Assembly: GCF_006345805.1 (NCBI RefSeq)
Contig: NC_043005.1
Coordinates: 54,932,001-54,996,000 of the forward strand
DNA length: 64,000 nt
Reading direction: 5' to 3'
Source: Octopus sinensis
Lineage: Eukaryota
A model generated the notes under the pieces. It ran no database searches. It was not told the DNA's origin and worked only from the letters and a program-made list of their open reading frames with translations. Numbering within the stretch: the stretch's first letter is position 1; each line of letters starts with the position of its first letter. The position numbers and the translations under genes were made by a program. Positions 12,714-25,978 of this stretch are shown piece after piece.

Positions 12714-12748
12714 GTATGACGTTTCGAGCGGAGCTCTTCGTCGGAAAC
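12714..12748 (-). ncRNA. Minimal type I hammerhead-ribozyme-like motif, copy 2
   Basis: Identical core to copy 1, 559 nt away in the same orientation. Confidence 0.5.
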
Positions 12749-12901
12749 ATAAAGAAGGAAGAGAGAGGAAAGAAAGATCCCAAAGTGGGCAACAAGAGGG
12801 AGAAAAAAAAAAAACGACTGGTGTTTACGAAGTACACATGGTACACATATGTATATGTATATATATATATATATATACACACATATGTATATATATATAT
12901 T

Positions 12902-12943
<42 letters not shown>

Positions 12944-13599
12944 TAAATTAGAGACAAAACCACTAATAGGCAAATCAAACATATATATATGCACATCTAT
13001 GCATATATTTACACTCACAGGAACATACACAGACATACACACATATACACACACGCATACTTATACACATACACATATATATATATACACACACACATAC
13101 ATACACTCATACAAACATACATACACATAGACATACAGGTATGTCACAGAAAATTAGAATATGATGCAAAAATTGGACATTTGTTTAAGTAGTTGGAACA
13201 TATCGAAATTTCATTTAATAGTATAAAGGTTGTCTCCATTAAAATACCAAAGGGAACCACAGTAGCAGTTTAAGGCTGCTGGGAACAAAGATTATCGCTG
13301 TGTTGTGGAAATCCCATGGTGATGGTCTAATGTGGCAGGACATAATAGTTGTCTCCATTATGTTGGTAGAGGCAAGGCAAGCTGGGCAAAATGCTCAGCA
13401 GCATTTTGTTTGTCTTTATGTTCTGAGTTCAAGTTCTGCCATGGTTGACTGTGCCTTTCATCCTTTTACGGTCAATCAAAATAAATATCAGTTGAACACT
13501 GGGGTTGAGGTGACTTACCTGCTCTCCTGAAATTGCTGGCCTTGTGCCAAAATTTGAAACCATTATGATAAAGAGACTGGCAGCATAGCTTTTAGGTTC

Positions 13600-13996
13600 T
13601 TTTCTATCCTAGGCACAAGGCCCGAAATTTTGGGGGAGGGGGTCAGTCGATTAGACTAACCTCAGTATGCAACTGGTACTTCATTCATTGACCCTGAAAG
13701 GATGTAAAGCAAAGTTGACCTTGGCAGAATCTGAACTCAGAACATAAAGACAGATGAAATACCTATTTCTGTACTACCCACAAGGGGCTAAACACAGAGA
13801 GGACAAACAAGGACAGACAAATGGATTAAATCGATTATATCGACCCCAGTGCGTAACTGGTACTTATTTAATCGACCCCGAAAGGATGAAAGGCAAAGTC
13901 AACCTCGGCAGAATTTGAACTCAGAATGTAGTGGCAGACAAAATACTGCTAAGCATTTCACCCGGCGTGCTAACGTTTCTGCCAGCTTGCCACCTT
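13600..13996 (-). mobile_element. Dimeric or nested SINE family B
   Basis: Two consecutive family B cores (gaccctgaaaggatg and gaccccgaaaggatg). A + strand family B copy lies at about 13370-13565. Confidence 0.8.
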
Positions 13997-14125
13997 TCGT
14001 CTAGCTTTTAGGTTTAAGCAGCTAGGAATAAGGTTGATTATAAGCCATGAGGAAAATGGGGATATTTTTGCCCAAATTTACTCCCTGTTTTTTCTGTTTT
14101 GTGTCCTTCCTTGTAACCAAAGGAA

Positions 14126-14225
14126 NNNNNNNNNNNNNNNNNNNNNNNNNNNNNNNNNNNNNNNNNNNNNNNNNNNNNNNNNNNNNNNNNNNNNNNNNNN
14201 NNNNNNNNNNNNNNNNNNNNNNNNN
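14126..14225. other. Assembly gap (100 N)
   Basis: Run of exactly 100 N. Confidence 1.
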
Positions 14226-14249
14226 GCCTTATAATTGATAATCTTCCCC

Positions 14250-14970
14250 ATTCGCTTCTTTGTATATATCAATGACCATTTGCTGCCATATTAAATCACA
14301 TCCACTGTTACAAAGATAATATGACCCTTCATTCCTTTCAAAACTTACCCAGGGACACATTGGTTATAGTGCACTTAATTGCTAGCCACACATTAATCTC
14401 ACTGATCCCATGTGTTGTAAGCACAGAAAGCATCCTCCAGTGGTGGGTTATATGAAACATGCCCTCTTCAGTAGGAAAGGACGAAAAAATAACCTTCAAG
14501 CTCTATATACATCAGTCACGAGCACATTCCTGTGCATGAGACTTTCTGAATGGAATATCTAAAGAAAAATTACCTTGAATGTATTTAGCAATATAGCCCT
14601 CCTGATGATGAGCCATGTTTCATGTGGCCCACTCCATGAAAACGGTTACCCATGCCTGTATTATGTCAAGAAACACTTATGGCACACATCTCACCACCTG
14701 AAGGTCATTCAAGCAAAATCTGTAAAGTTACTCCCAAATGTCACTCCTCTTAACTAATGTGGAGTTTTCTTGAGAAGATAATATTCTTGTAATCACTAGG
14801 GCTGTAACCTGAAGACATTTATTTATTCAGTATCAGGAATTACTTGCTGGCACTCTACTAATATCATATGAGGCTTACAATGTTGTTTTGTTCCCACATA
14901 TGGGATAGTTTTTGTCTTGCATACACCGACGTCCTTGACCAACACAAAGAAATTACACCCGACTCTGTAT
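14250..14970 (-). mobile_element. Highly decayed retroelement pol-like sequence, possibly Ty3/Gypsy RT
   Basis: Coding-like minus-strand sequence with many stops. VLKGMKGHIIFVTVDVI*YGSK weakly resembles the RT YxDD region. Confidence 0.3.
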
Positions 14971-14974
14971 GTGG

Positions 14975-15290
14975 GTGTGTGTATGGTGGTGACAGTGTCA
15001 CGTAAAATGCACTGGTACTGGTGCCATATAATGTGAACTGGTGCTGGTGCCACATAGAAAGCACTGGTTATGTCACCACATAACAAGCACTTGTGACGGT
15101 GCCACATAAAAAAGCACTCACTATACTCTGTGAAGTGGTTGGTGTTAGGAAGGGAATCCAGCTGTAGAAACCATGCTAATACAGACTATGGAACCCAGTG
15201 TGACTCCTGGCCCTGCCAGCTCTTCTCAAACCATCTGACCCATACCAGCATGGAATACAAATGTTAAACAATGATGATAATGATGATATA
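14975..15290 (+). mobile_element. SINE family E
   Basis: ...gaagtggttggtgttaggaagggaatccagctgtagaaacc...ccagcatggaatacaaatgttaaacaatgatgataatgatg tail. Confidence 0.8.
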
Positions 15291-15337
15291 TACGGTCATA
15301 AATGTATGTGTATATGTTGAAACCTCTCCTGTGTATA

Positions 15338-15730
15338 TCTTTATATATAAAAGTGAGGTTGTGTGCTGTCTGTCTCCTACGATTTAGATTCCTAACTACT
15401 CCCACATTTTGCGGTGCAGTTTAACCAAAACCGGGTATCTTATAGTCGTGATTCATATCGAGCCCTTCTGGGTATTAGCGCGCGTCTACGAGTCTACGAT
15501 TTAAAAAAAAATTTACCATCAATTTTTCCCATTTTTAATGCATTTTTGGCATATATAAGGGAAGTAATTCTCTAAAAATTTATTATTAAATCTCAGAACA
15601 TAAAAAGCTACAGTAACACCCCACCTTTGTGGTTAGCCATATTGAGATGGCTATTATACTTTGCATCACTAAAAATGCTTATATAGTTATTTCCCTTACA
15701 AACCCAAGCAACGCCGGGCGATACTGCTAG
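15338..15730 (+). mobile_element. Non-autonomous Helitron with intact termini
   Basis: Inserted between A and T. The 5' end is TC (tctttatatataaaag) and the 3' end has a GC hairpin (cccaagcaacgccggg) followed by CTAG, the canonical Helitron signature. Confidence 0.8.
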
Positions 15731-15990
15731 TATATATATTATATATGTATACATCTAAGTATGTATATATATATGTATGTGCACATATATGTATGTGTGT
15801 TTCTTTGTGTGGCTCCCTGCACTGCTTGACCATTGATGTTAATTTCTTTATGACCCTGTAACTTAGTAGATTTAGAGAAGAAACTGATAAAATAAGTACT
15901 AGACTTAAAAAAATAAATACTTGGGCCAATTTGTTAAACCCTTCAAAGTAGTGACTCTAGATGGCTAAGTAAACCAAAAATGATAGTACA

Positions 15991-16025
<35 letters not shown>

Positions 16026-16172
16026 GTATGTGTGTATATGCATGATGTATGTGTGTGTATGTGTGTATATGCATGATGTATGTGTGTGTATATATAATAA
16101 TGCACATATATATAGTGTATGTGTAGGTACAAAGCATATATGGGTACATGTATGTGTAATATGGTACATTCC

Positions 16173-16222
<50 letters not shown>

Positions 16223-16375
16223 TTCTATAATTATAAACATAATTATAATTAAGGGTCACCACATATCAAATTTAGAAATAGGAGTTAAAAATTCTTTTCT
16301 ACTACATCTTTGTCTCTTCTACTCTACTGCCATATTGACTTTTGCTATGCATGTGTGTGTGCATGTATATATATA

Positions 16376-16420
<45 letters not shown>

Positions 16421-16749
16421 GATGAAATAATAATAATGAAAAAATTATTGTGCATATATACATGCACACACATGTATAGCAACAGTCACAGACGTACATA
16501 TATATGCATAGTAAAATGATATATTATTATGTATTAAATGTTGTACATATATGTCCTCAGTGTGTGTACACACACACACACACACCATATATGTATATAC
16601 ATATACATCATCATATATATATCTACATATATATATACACATATATACATATATATATATATATTTATATATATATATGTATGTATATTTATATATATAT
16701 ATGTATGTATATTTATATATATATGTATGTATATATATATATATGTATG

Positions 16750-16780
<31 letters not shown>

Positions 16781-16888
16781 ATATGTATGTATATGCATAC
16801 ATATTATGCATATTTTTATGTGTATATGTAAAAAAAAAACACTATGTGCGCATGTATATATTTAAATAAGACGTATATAGTTTATGGG

Positions 16889-16919
<31 letters not shown>

Positions 16920-17354
16920 GTGGATATCGATTTCGATATATATATGTTTGTGTGTGAGTTTGTGTGAAAGTGCTTGGCCCATAGGGTTATGGTGTTGCAC
17001 TCAGGATCACGACATCAATTCTCAGACTGGTGGTGTATTGTGTTCTTGATCAAATCACTTTGTTTCATATTGCTTCTGTCTGCTCAGCTGTATACAAGCA
17101 ACCCGGCAATGGACTGGCATTTCATTCAGGGAGAACATTGGCCGTCCCATCTAGCCAGATGGGTATCATGATTTGAACACTAAAAACAATGCGAGAAAGT
17201 ACACTGTGACTAGCAATGTATAAAACATCACAAATAGCCATACTGTGATACTGTGACATGTGTTTGTGGTCTCTATGTATATGTGTGTGTGTTTGTGTGT
17301 GTGTGTGTATATGCGTATTTAGTATATTTATGTGTATATATATATATATATATA

Positions 17355-17397
17355 TGTGTATACAATCTACATATAAGCATAAACTTTATGTATATAG

Positions 17398-17453
<56 letters not shown>

Positions 17454-17560
17454 TCTACATATAAGCATAAACTTTATGTATATAGTTATATATATATATG
17501 TGTGTGTGTATACACTCTACATAAAAGCATAAACTTTATGTATATAGTTATATATATATA
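17355..17560. repeat. Compound minisatellite, 3 copies of tacactctacatataagcataaactttatgtatatagtta plus (TA)n
   Basis: Unit repeated at about 17360, 17450 and 17511 with variable TA spacers. Confidence 0.85.
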
Positions 17561-17688
17561 TACGTATGTATGTATGTGTATATATATATGTATGTATGTG
17601 TGTATATATATATATATTATATATATATATATATGTATGTATGTGTGTATATATATATATGTATGTATGTGTGTATATATATATGTAT

Positions 17689-17733
<45 letters not shown>

Positions 17734-18318
17734 CTATACAGACACATTGATATTCACACACATAGATATATATACATATGTATATATATATATATATATA
17801 TTATAAGTGTATACACACACAAATATATAGCTACATATATCGATATATATATATATATACATAAAGTGTGAGTATATATATATATATACATACATACACA
17901 GACTTTATGTATATATGTGTGTCTGAGTATATGCACATACACGCACATTTTATAAATGCGTGCACATATATACTTTTTTTCTGACAGATTCGGATCATAA
18001 ACTATGACCATGCAGGGGCATTGCTATTGGTAATGCTATGCTTTTACAGATCCTTTTTTTACAGTTGGCATTTGGTGAATGTGAGCTTTCCAAGTGGGCC
18101 CCTCTCCTCTATGTACATTTCTCACCATGAATTTAGTTCATTTGGAATTCTAGTATGCACCACTACGTACGTTTCCATAAAACACATGTCTATTAAGATC
18201 ACAGTTCGTATTCCTGGGGTTGTTACAGTGTAGTCCGTAATATCCATGGGCATTATTATTACTATATTCATCCTACATTATATTGGTACAGCTCGATGCA
18301 ACCCCAAACAAATTTAAA

Positions 18319-18349
<31 letters not shown>

Positions 18350-18499
18350 ATATATATATATATATGAAGGGGGTGCTGAAAAGTTACTGGTTTTAAGGGT
18401 ATCACAAAAGTCCTGGTTGGAGGTGCAACTTTCCAAGAACTTTTCAGCACTGCCTTGGATATGCATATATATATATATTATATATATAAACATCTGTGA

Positions 18500-18825
18500 C
18501 GGCCTGTGGCTAAGTGGTTATGGGTACTCAGCTTGCAATCATAAGGTCATAAATTCAATTCCCAGTGGCACATTGTGTTTTTGAGCAAAATGCTTTATTT
18601 CACATTGTTCCGGTTCACTTAGTTAGCAAAAATGAGTCGTGCATGTAATTCAAAGGGCCAGCCATGTCACATTTCTTGTCTTGCTGAATCTTCCTGAGAA
18701 CTACATTAAGGGTATGCATGTCTGTAGAGTGCTCAGCCAGTTGTATATCAGTTTCACAAGTAGGCTGTTCCATTGATCAGATCACCTGGAACCCTTGTCA
18801 TCCTAACCAATGAGGTGCCAGTAAA
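18500..18825 (+). mobile_element. SINE family C
   Basis: ggcctgtggctaagtggtta...gtgtttttgagcaaaatgctttatttcacattg. Confidence 0.75.
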
Positions 18826-18964
18826 CACACACACACACACAAAATATTTGTATATACATATTTAGTTCTAGGTTACGTTACACTGTCTGGCGCCTATAAT
18901 CCTGGTCAATCAAAGTCATATGAATAGTTTTGGATGATGGAAACTTTACGAAGCTCGTCGAATA

Positions 18965-19210
18965 CACATCTCTTATTTTTGACTTGTTTCAGTCATTAGA
19001 CTGTGGTCATGCTGGGGCACTACCTTGAGGAATTTTAAGTGGAATGAATCAACCCCCCACCACCACGAGTAGAAAACTGTTTTTGGTGTTTTTTAAAATG
19101 TGGTACTCATTCTGTTGGTCTCTTTTGTCGAACCACTGAGTTACGGGGATGTAAACGCACCAACACTAGTTGTCAAGTGATAGTGTGGGACAAACACAAA
19201 GACATGCACG

Positions 19211-19251
<41 letters not shown>

Positions 19252-19392
19252 ACGATAGGTTTCTTTCAGTTTCCATCTACCAAATCCACTCACAATGCTT
19301 TCATCAGCCTGAAGCCATAGTAGAAGACACTTGCCCTAGGTGTCAATGAGTATGAGTGAACCCAGATCCATGTGGTTGGGAGGCAAGCTTCT
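18965..19392 (-). mobile_element. SINE family A
   Basis: Reverse-complement tail, (CA)n and head. Confidence 0.85.
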
Positions 19393-19680
19393 TACCACAC
19401 AGCCATGCCTGCATGTGCCTTGCTGTCTCGACATCATGTGATAGTTGTAAACAAGTGTCACGATCATGCAAACGGTGTTGTTTCTTTTCAGTATTTTTTC
19501 AAAGCTGTCAGGACATGGGGTAATATTACTTAACTAGGAAACAGTGTTGGTGGCATCTAGAAAATCCACTTTAATGAAATTCTGTCTGACCCATCTGAAC
19601 CTGGGTAAATGGGCATTAAAACAATGTTGACAATGATGCATATGTATATATAAATGTGCATGAATTATATGTGTGTGTGT

Positions 19681-19754
<74 letters not shown>

Positions 19755-19788
19755 TATATGTATAAATATATTTATGTATATATGTGTG

Positions 19789-19821
<33 letters not shown>

Positions 19822-20246
19822 ATATGTATGTATATATATATATATATATATGTGGATGGATGTATATAAATACACATGCATACAGGGTGTGTGGTAAGGA
19901 GCATGTGTCCCAACCACATGGTTCCAGGTTCAGTTCCACTCAGTGGCACTTTAGGCAAGTTTCTTCTACTATAGCCCTAGGTAAAGAAAAAGCCTATCTG
20001 TATGCATGTATGTATGCATGCATGTCTGTTTCTTTGTTTTTGTCCACCATATCACCACTTGACAACCATTGTTAGTTGATTGGTGTTCCTGTATTCTAGC
20101 ATTTCATCAAATAGAGACCAATAGAATAAGCAATCACTCTTAATAACAAAAATGCTGGAGTTTGTTCAACTAAACTCATTGCCCCAGCATGATTTAAGTA
20201 AAAGATGAGAGATGCGGCATATGTACATATTATATCTGGATGGATA

Positions 20247-20296
<50 letters not shown>

Positions 20297-20356
20297 TTTA
20301 TATGTATGTGTGTGAATGTATATCTATATACCTTCACTATGTATATCTATATACCT

Positions 20357-20568
20357 ATTTCTTTACTACCCACAAGGGGCTAAACACAGAGTGGACAAAC
20401 AAACGGATTAAGTCGATTACATCGACCCCAGTGTGTAACTGGTACTTAATATATTGACCCCGAAAGGATGAAAGGCAAAGTAGACCTCGGCGGAATTTGA
20501 ACTCAGAACGTAACGGCAGACGAAATACGGCTACGCATTTCGCCCGACATGCTAACGTTTCTGCCAGC
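20357..20568 (-). mobile_element. SINE family B, low divergence, with target-site duplication
   Basis: CpGs largely retained; flanked by tatctatatacct on both sides. Confidence 0.9.
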
Positions 20569-20737
20569 TATCTATATACCTTCACACTGTGTGTGTGTGT
20601 GATGAAATGTGTGTAAAGCTAAGCGCTTTATGGATGAGGAACCCTGGGTAACCCTATGAATCAGCCATAACTAACATTCTCAACATACTCTACTCTGAAT
20701 TAAGATGTGCTTCCCTTTTAGATTTATAATTTACTTG

Positions 20738-20806
<69 letters not shown>

Positions 20807-20890
20807 TATATATTATTTGCAAAATTAAACATACATTGTTTATATATTTTTTTTCGTATGTGTGTGTATCATATATATATATATATATAT

Positions 20891-21292
20891 AGTGGCTGTG
20901 TCGTAAGAAGCTTGCTTCCCAACCATATGGTTTCGGGTTCAGTCCCACTGCATGGCACTTTGTGCAAGTATCTTCTACTATTGTCTCGGCCTGACCAAAG
21001 GCTTATGAGTGGATTTGGTAGACAGAAACAGAAAGAAGCCCATTGTATATATATGTATGTGTGTGTACATATGTATGTATTTGTGTGTCTGTGTTTGTTT
21101 CCCCATCATCGCTTGACAACTGATGTGCTTATGTCCCCGTAACTTAGTGGTTCAGCAAAAGAGACCAATAGAATAAGTACTAGGCTTACAAAAAAATAAG
21201 CCCTGGGGTTGATTCGTTCAACTAAAGGCAGTGCTCCAGTATGGCCGCAGTCAAATGACTGAAACAAGTGAAAGGGTAAAAGAGTAAAAGAA
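20891..21292 (+). mobile_element. SINE family A
   Basis: agtggctgtgtcgtaagaagcttgcttcccaaccatatgg ... gtgctccagtatggccgcagtcaaatgactgaaacaag. Confidence 0.9.
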
Positions 21293-21309
21293 TATATATA
21301 CATATGGTT

Positions 21310-21524
21310 TTTTACATGTTTCAGTCACTGGATTCTGGCCATGCTGGAGCACTGTCTTAATGTGTTTAGTTCAATAAATTAATTCAAGCACTTCTAGCCT
21401 GGTACTTTCTGTATCAGTCCTTTCGTCAAACCACTAAGTTACGAGGTGTATACAAATGAACATTGGTGGTCTAGCAGTGACTGGGGACAAATACAAACAT
21501 GGGCACACATGGACATGCACACTC

Positions 21525-21560
<36 letters not shown>

Positions 21561-21712
21561 TGTTATGCTTCTCTCAGTTTCTGTCTACTAAAATCGAATC
21601 ACAATGTTTTGGTCAGTCCATTTGGAAAAGACACTACTATGTACCAGTGAAACTGAACCTGGAACCATCTGGTTGGGAGACAAACTTTTTACATCACAGG
21701 CATACCTGTACA
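21310..21712 (-). mobile_element. SINE family A, tail-to-tail with the previous copy
   Basis: catgtttcagtcactggattctggccatgctggagcac ... gaaccatctggttgggagacaaactt. Confidence 0.85.
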
Positions 21713-21865
21713 TATGCATATGCAAGCATGTGTATGTATATATATATATGTATATGTTTATATGTATATATATATGTAGTATGTATTTGTGGTTATGTGT
21801 ATACAAATGTTTGTATGTATATATTTGTCTATTTAGGTGTATGCAGTTATGTACATGTATATATA

Positions 21866-21896
<31 letters not shown>

Positions 21897-22096
21897 TATA
21901 TATAATATATATATGTATATATGTGAGTGTATATATATATATATGTATATATGTGAGTGTGTATATATATATATATGTATATATGTGAGTGTATATATAT
22001 ATATATGTATATATACGTGAGTGTATATATATATATATATATGTATTGTATTTGTGCATATGGATATATTTTTTGTGTATATGTAAGTGTTTATTG

Positions 22097-22138
<42 letters not shown>

Positions 22139-22295
22139 ACACCCATATATGTATGCATATGTTTATTTTTATGTCTGTGTTTGTACATATGGTTGATTGA
22201 TTATATGTATGTATATTTATATATGTAAGGATATATGTGTGTGTATGCCTATGTATTACGTAAGCACATGTATATGTGAAGATGTGTGGTGTGTG

Positions 22296-22333
<38 letters not shown>

Positions 22334-23274
22334 TATATATATCGAAAGAGAGAGAGAGAAAGTTGTGGTACAACAAAGCACCAATGTCTACTGGAAACAG
22401 CAGTCGATACACATATATATATATACACTCACACACACACACACAGATGCATACCCTCAAACGAGTGACTTCAATATTTGTCCTCAGGTTGTGATAGCTT
22501 TGTGAGCAGACTTGCTAGATGGAAACTGAAGGAAACCCATTGTATATGTTTGTCTGTGTATGAGAGTTGTCACACATTACCCCCTTTTCCTTAGCATCAC
22601 ATGATATTTATAAGCAAGTCTGAACCACATATATAGTCTACACTATGTGTGCCTATGGGGGGAAAATGTTGCTTGGATTGGAAACTGTTTAGCATTATTG
22701 ATAGGAAGGATATTTGGGCATAGGATATGCCTTATGAGAGCTCTGCAAACATGGAAACTGGGTTGTGTGTGTGTGTGTGTGTGTGTATGTGTGTGTGTGC
22801 ATGTGTGTCATTTAATTGACAAAATTACTATGTGACTGAATGGCTGAGAATTTCATGCATTGACACCTATATACAGGCACATGCACGCGTGCACACACAC
22901 ACGCACATACATACAAGCATATCAATGTATCTGTGTGCATGTTGTGTTTGTATGTGTGCGTCGGTATATATATATATACACACACACATGCTCAGCACCA
23001 TTCTTCATAATGCAGTACTCGGGTTTTGTAAGTGGTGTGCCAGTGTCTGTTAAATCCATAAATTTCAGATCAATGGAAGTGTCTTGAGTAGAACTGGGCA
23101 GTTGAGCTCCGTATGGAAGTCCATTCTGTAATTCAAGGGACACCGAGAGGATGACCAAGAGTTTCCTGGTGGACTTGCTTTGCCTGGCCTCTTGTGCCAG
23201 TGAGAAGCAGATGTTTGCCTTATACAGCTTAGTCTGGAGCATTTCATAAATTTCTGTAGAGTTTTTGCTCATTA

Positions 23275-23600
23275 TCATCATCATCATTGTTTAACGTCTG
23301 CTTTCCATGCTAGTATGGGTTTGATGATTTGACTGAGGACTGGCGAGCCAGATATGTGCACCAGGCTCCAATCTTGATCTGGCAGAGTTTCTACAGCTGG
23401 ATGCCCTTCCTAATGCCAACCACTCCGAGAGTGTAGTGGGTGTTTTTACGTGCCACCGGCACGAGGGCCAGTCAGACGGTACTGGCAATGGCCATGCTCA
23501 AATGGTGTTTTTTTATGTGCCACCTGCACAGGAGCCAGTCCAGTGGCACTGGTAATGATCACGCTCGAGTGGTGCTTTTTACTTGCCACCGGCACACACA
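23275..23600 (-). mobile_element. SINE family E
   Basis: catcatcatcattgtttaacgtctgctttccatgctagtatgggttt...ggatgcccttcctaatgccaaccactccgag. Confidence 0.9.
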
Positions 23601-25759
23601 AAACTTTATTACATAGTAAGCTTCCAGATTTTCCTCCGAATTCCGTCTGCATTCTGGAAAGCAGACAGCTGTTTAGTTGAAAGTGTTCAAAGTGCTGTTA
23701 CAGCCATATTCTTCAGTTTAGGATTACAAAAGCTGTCAGGTCAGCTTATTAGATGTGTAGTAATTATATACAAAAATGACAACGATCTAGGACTGTTGTA
23801 ATTGCTTCTTCTAATAAAAAAAGTCTCAACACTTTTGAAATGCACCTTGTAAAGCATTGCTGATGATGTATGCATATATGTATACACACACTCATATTCA
23901 CATATTATGCACAGACACATCTGTGTAGTTAAGACCTTCACTGTAGAATCACATGATTGTAGGTTCCATCCCAGACTGGCCTTTGGGCAAGCGTCTTCAA
24001 CTATAACCTTTAGCTAAGTAATGCCTTTAAATGAAATTTGCCAATCAGAAATGGCTCCAAAGGTTATTGTTGTGTGTATGTGTGTGTGTGTGTGTGTGTA
24101 TGTGTGTATATTCCATTCTGCCTGATAGTATTGTATATTTTTTCAGCAGAATTGCATTTTACAAATATATTATGTATTTCTATAATATTATTGTTAGAGT
24201 GATCTCTCTTAATTGTACTTGTTTGTGAGCTTGAAATTGCAATAGATATACGGGTGTATATGGATAATCTTCAAAATAATGACGTAAACACACATTAACA
24301 TACATTTACTCAAATCCTTATATTTGTCCATTCAAAGAAATCTGTAAACATTTGAATGTATGCATATAATTTAAAGGAACACATTGACACACAAGTATAC
24401 ACTTAAGGTATATATATATATGCATACTTTATAATTGAGTATTAAAAAGTGAGGATTAAAACTCCTGGCAGATATCAACAATGTACTCAGTATTAAAAGA
24501 ATTTGGTTAATAATATTCACCAATTAGACATCAGTAAATGTTAGTAGAATACAGATCCCAGATAAGTCTTCATGTATGACTGGTAAATCCAAATATTCTT
24601 TGGCAGAATTTCGAGAAATTCAAAGTATTTGACAACAAAAAATACATACAAGAGAAAATTACATCTTTATTATAGATCTCGTCTTATATAGTGCCGACAA
24701 TTGTTTCTATAGCATTAACATATATATATATATGTGTGTATCTGTATATATAAAATATCATTCAAATTGATATTAATAATTCTGAAAAAATATGTTAACA
24801 CAATGTTGTCTAGGCGATCCAAAATTATATATATGTGTATGTATGTATGTATGTATGTATGTATGTATGTATGTATGCATGTATGCATACATGCATGCAT
24901 GCACGTATGTATGTATACATATATGTAACATATGTCCAATGCTGTCTAAACATGTAGATAGAAACTAACATTCAAATAATAATAGAAGCATAACAGCCAA
25001 TGGGGTGGCCACATACCATACAATTCAAACATAGTCAATATTTTCATTTCTTTGAATTGTGAAACTTGAAGTAGATAAAGCTATACTGTCTGAAATTACT
25101 CAAATCAAAACTCTGTTGTTCATATTTATTTTAATGGAAGTTATGAACTCTCTAATCTAAGGGAGGGAACTTCAGTCCCTTCTATTATTTAATTACTTTC
25201 AGTGATGTCTGTTGACAAAATAAAAATCAACACACATGTTACTGAAGTTTTACAATTTATTTATTTATATGTGGGGATATTTTTTCTGTCAAAACGTTTA
25301 TGAATAATGGCTGGGTACGTTGATTTTTGAAGGGGATAACTCAGCATTCCTATAAATCACACAATGAAAAATTGCAAAAAATTTGAGCAAAACATGTTGA
25401 CTTTTGTTCATGATGTTTGCATACCCATATCTTTACTAATTGCATTTAATTATTCATTAAAATCTCTTATCATCTTTCTTTTTGTTCGAGTCTATCTAGT
25501 TTTTAGTTATTATTATGTTGTTATAAATGAATTTACAACCAAACATGCATAACATCATTCTCAGTGCAAATGAGTATTTACATTTAAAAGAAAAAGTCTT
25601 TTCTGCAAGAATGTCAATTTTCTCAGTAATCTGACCACAAGTAAATACACTATAAGCATTTTGAATAATCAAACCCAATGTTTTTGGTATTTTCTGCTTA
25701 ATCATTGCCAGACTGAGTGTTAAATTTGGAAGATTTTTCAACCGGATGTTAAGATTTAA

Positions 25760-25978
25760 CCCTTTAGTGTTCAGATTACTCTGTTAAATGTAATACTTTT
25801 CCATCAAATTGTTTTGAATTACTCATGCATTGTCTTAGAGCTTTGAGGTTTCAATGATGTGATTGCTTATTTTTAGAATGTCAATGTAGGTTAGGTGTGA
25901 GAGGTTAGATATGGCTAGTTCAAATATAAAACATGTAGAATATTTGGGCTGGATATGGCCGGTTTAAACACTAAAGGG
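25760..25978. mobile_element. piggyBac-type MITE
   Basis: TTAA|CCCTTTAGTGTT ... AACACTAAAGGG|TTAA: terminal inverted repeats and a TTAA target duplication. Related copies at about 33690-33859 and 42490-42640. Confidence 0.85.

Larger units (their letters stand above)
11960..12790. repeat. Local direct duplication of about 275-300 bp (11960-12233 and 12493-12790)
   Basis: Both copies share the microsatellite flank and taattttaatccaaa.gggaaaaacagaaaaaa...gacgtttcgagcggagctcttcgtcggaaacataaagaag...gatcccaaagtgggcaa. Confidence 0.9.

Noticed and set aside
14349-14465. 117-nt phase 1-1 exon candidate on the minus strand
   Set aside because: It lies within a decayed retroelement-like stretch, and neighbouring candidate exons have stops in all frames.
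14602-14645. CTGATGA...GAAA hammerhead-like spacing
   Set aside because: Helix II closure, helix III and stem I cannot be formed convincingly.
3657-22505. Many 60-290 aa ORFs rich in YI, HT or CV (for example 21588-22460)
   Set aside because: They are translations of (TA)n, (CA)n and (TG)n microsatellites, which lack stop codons by composition.
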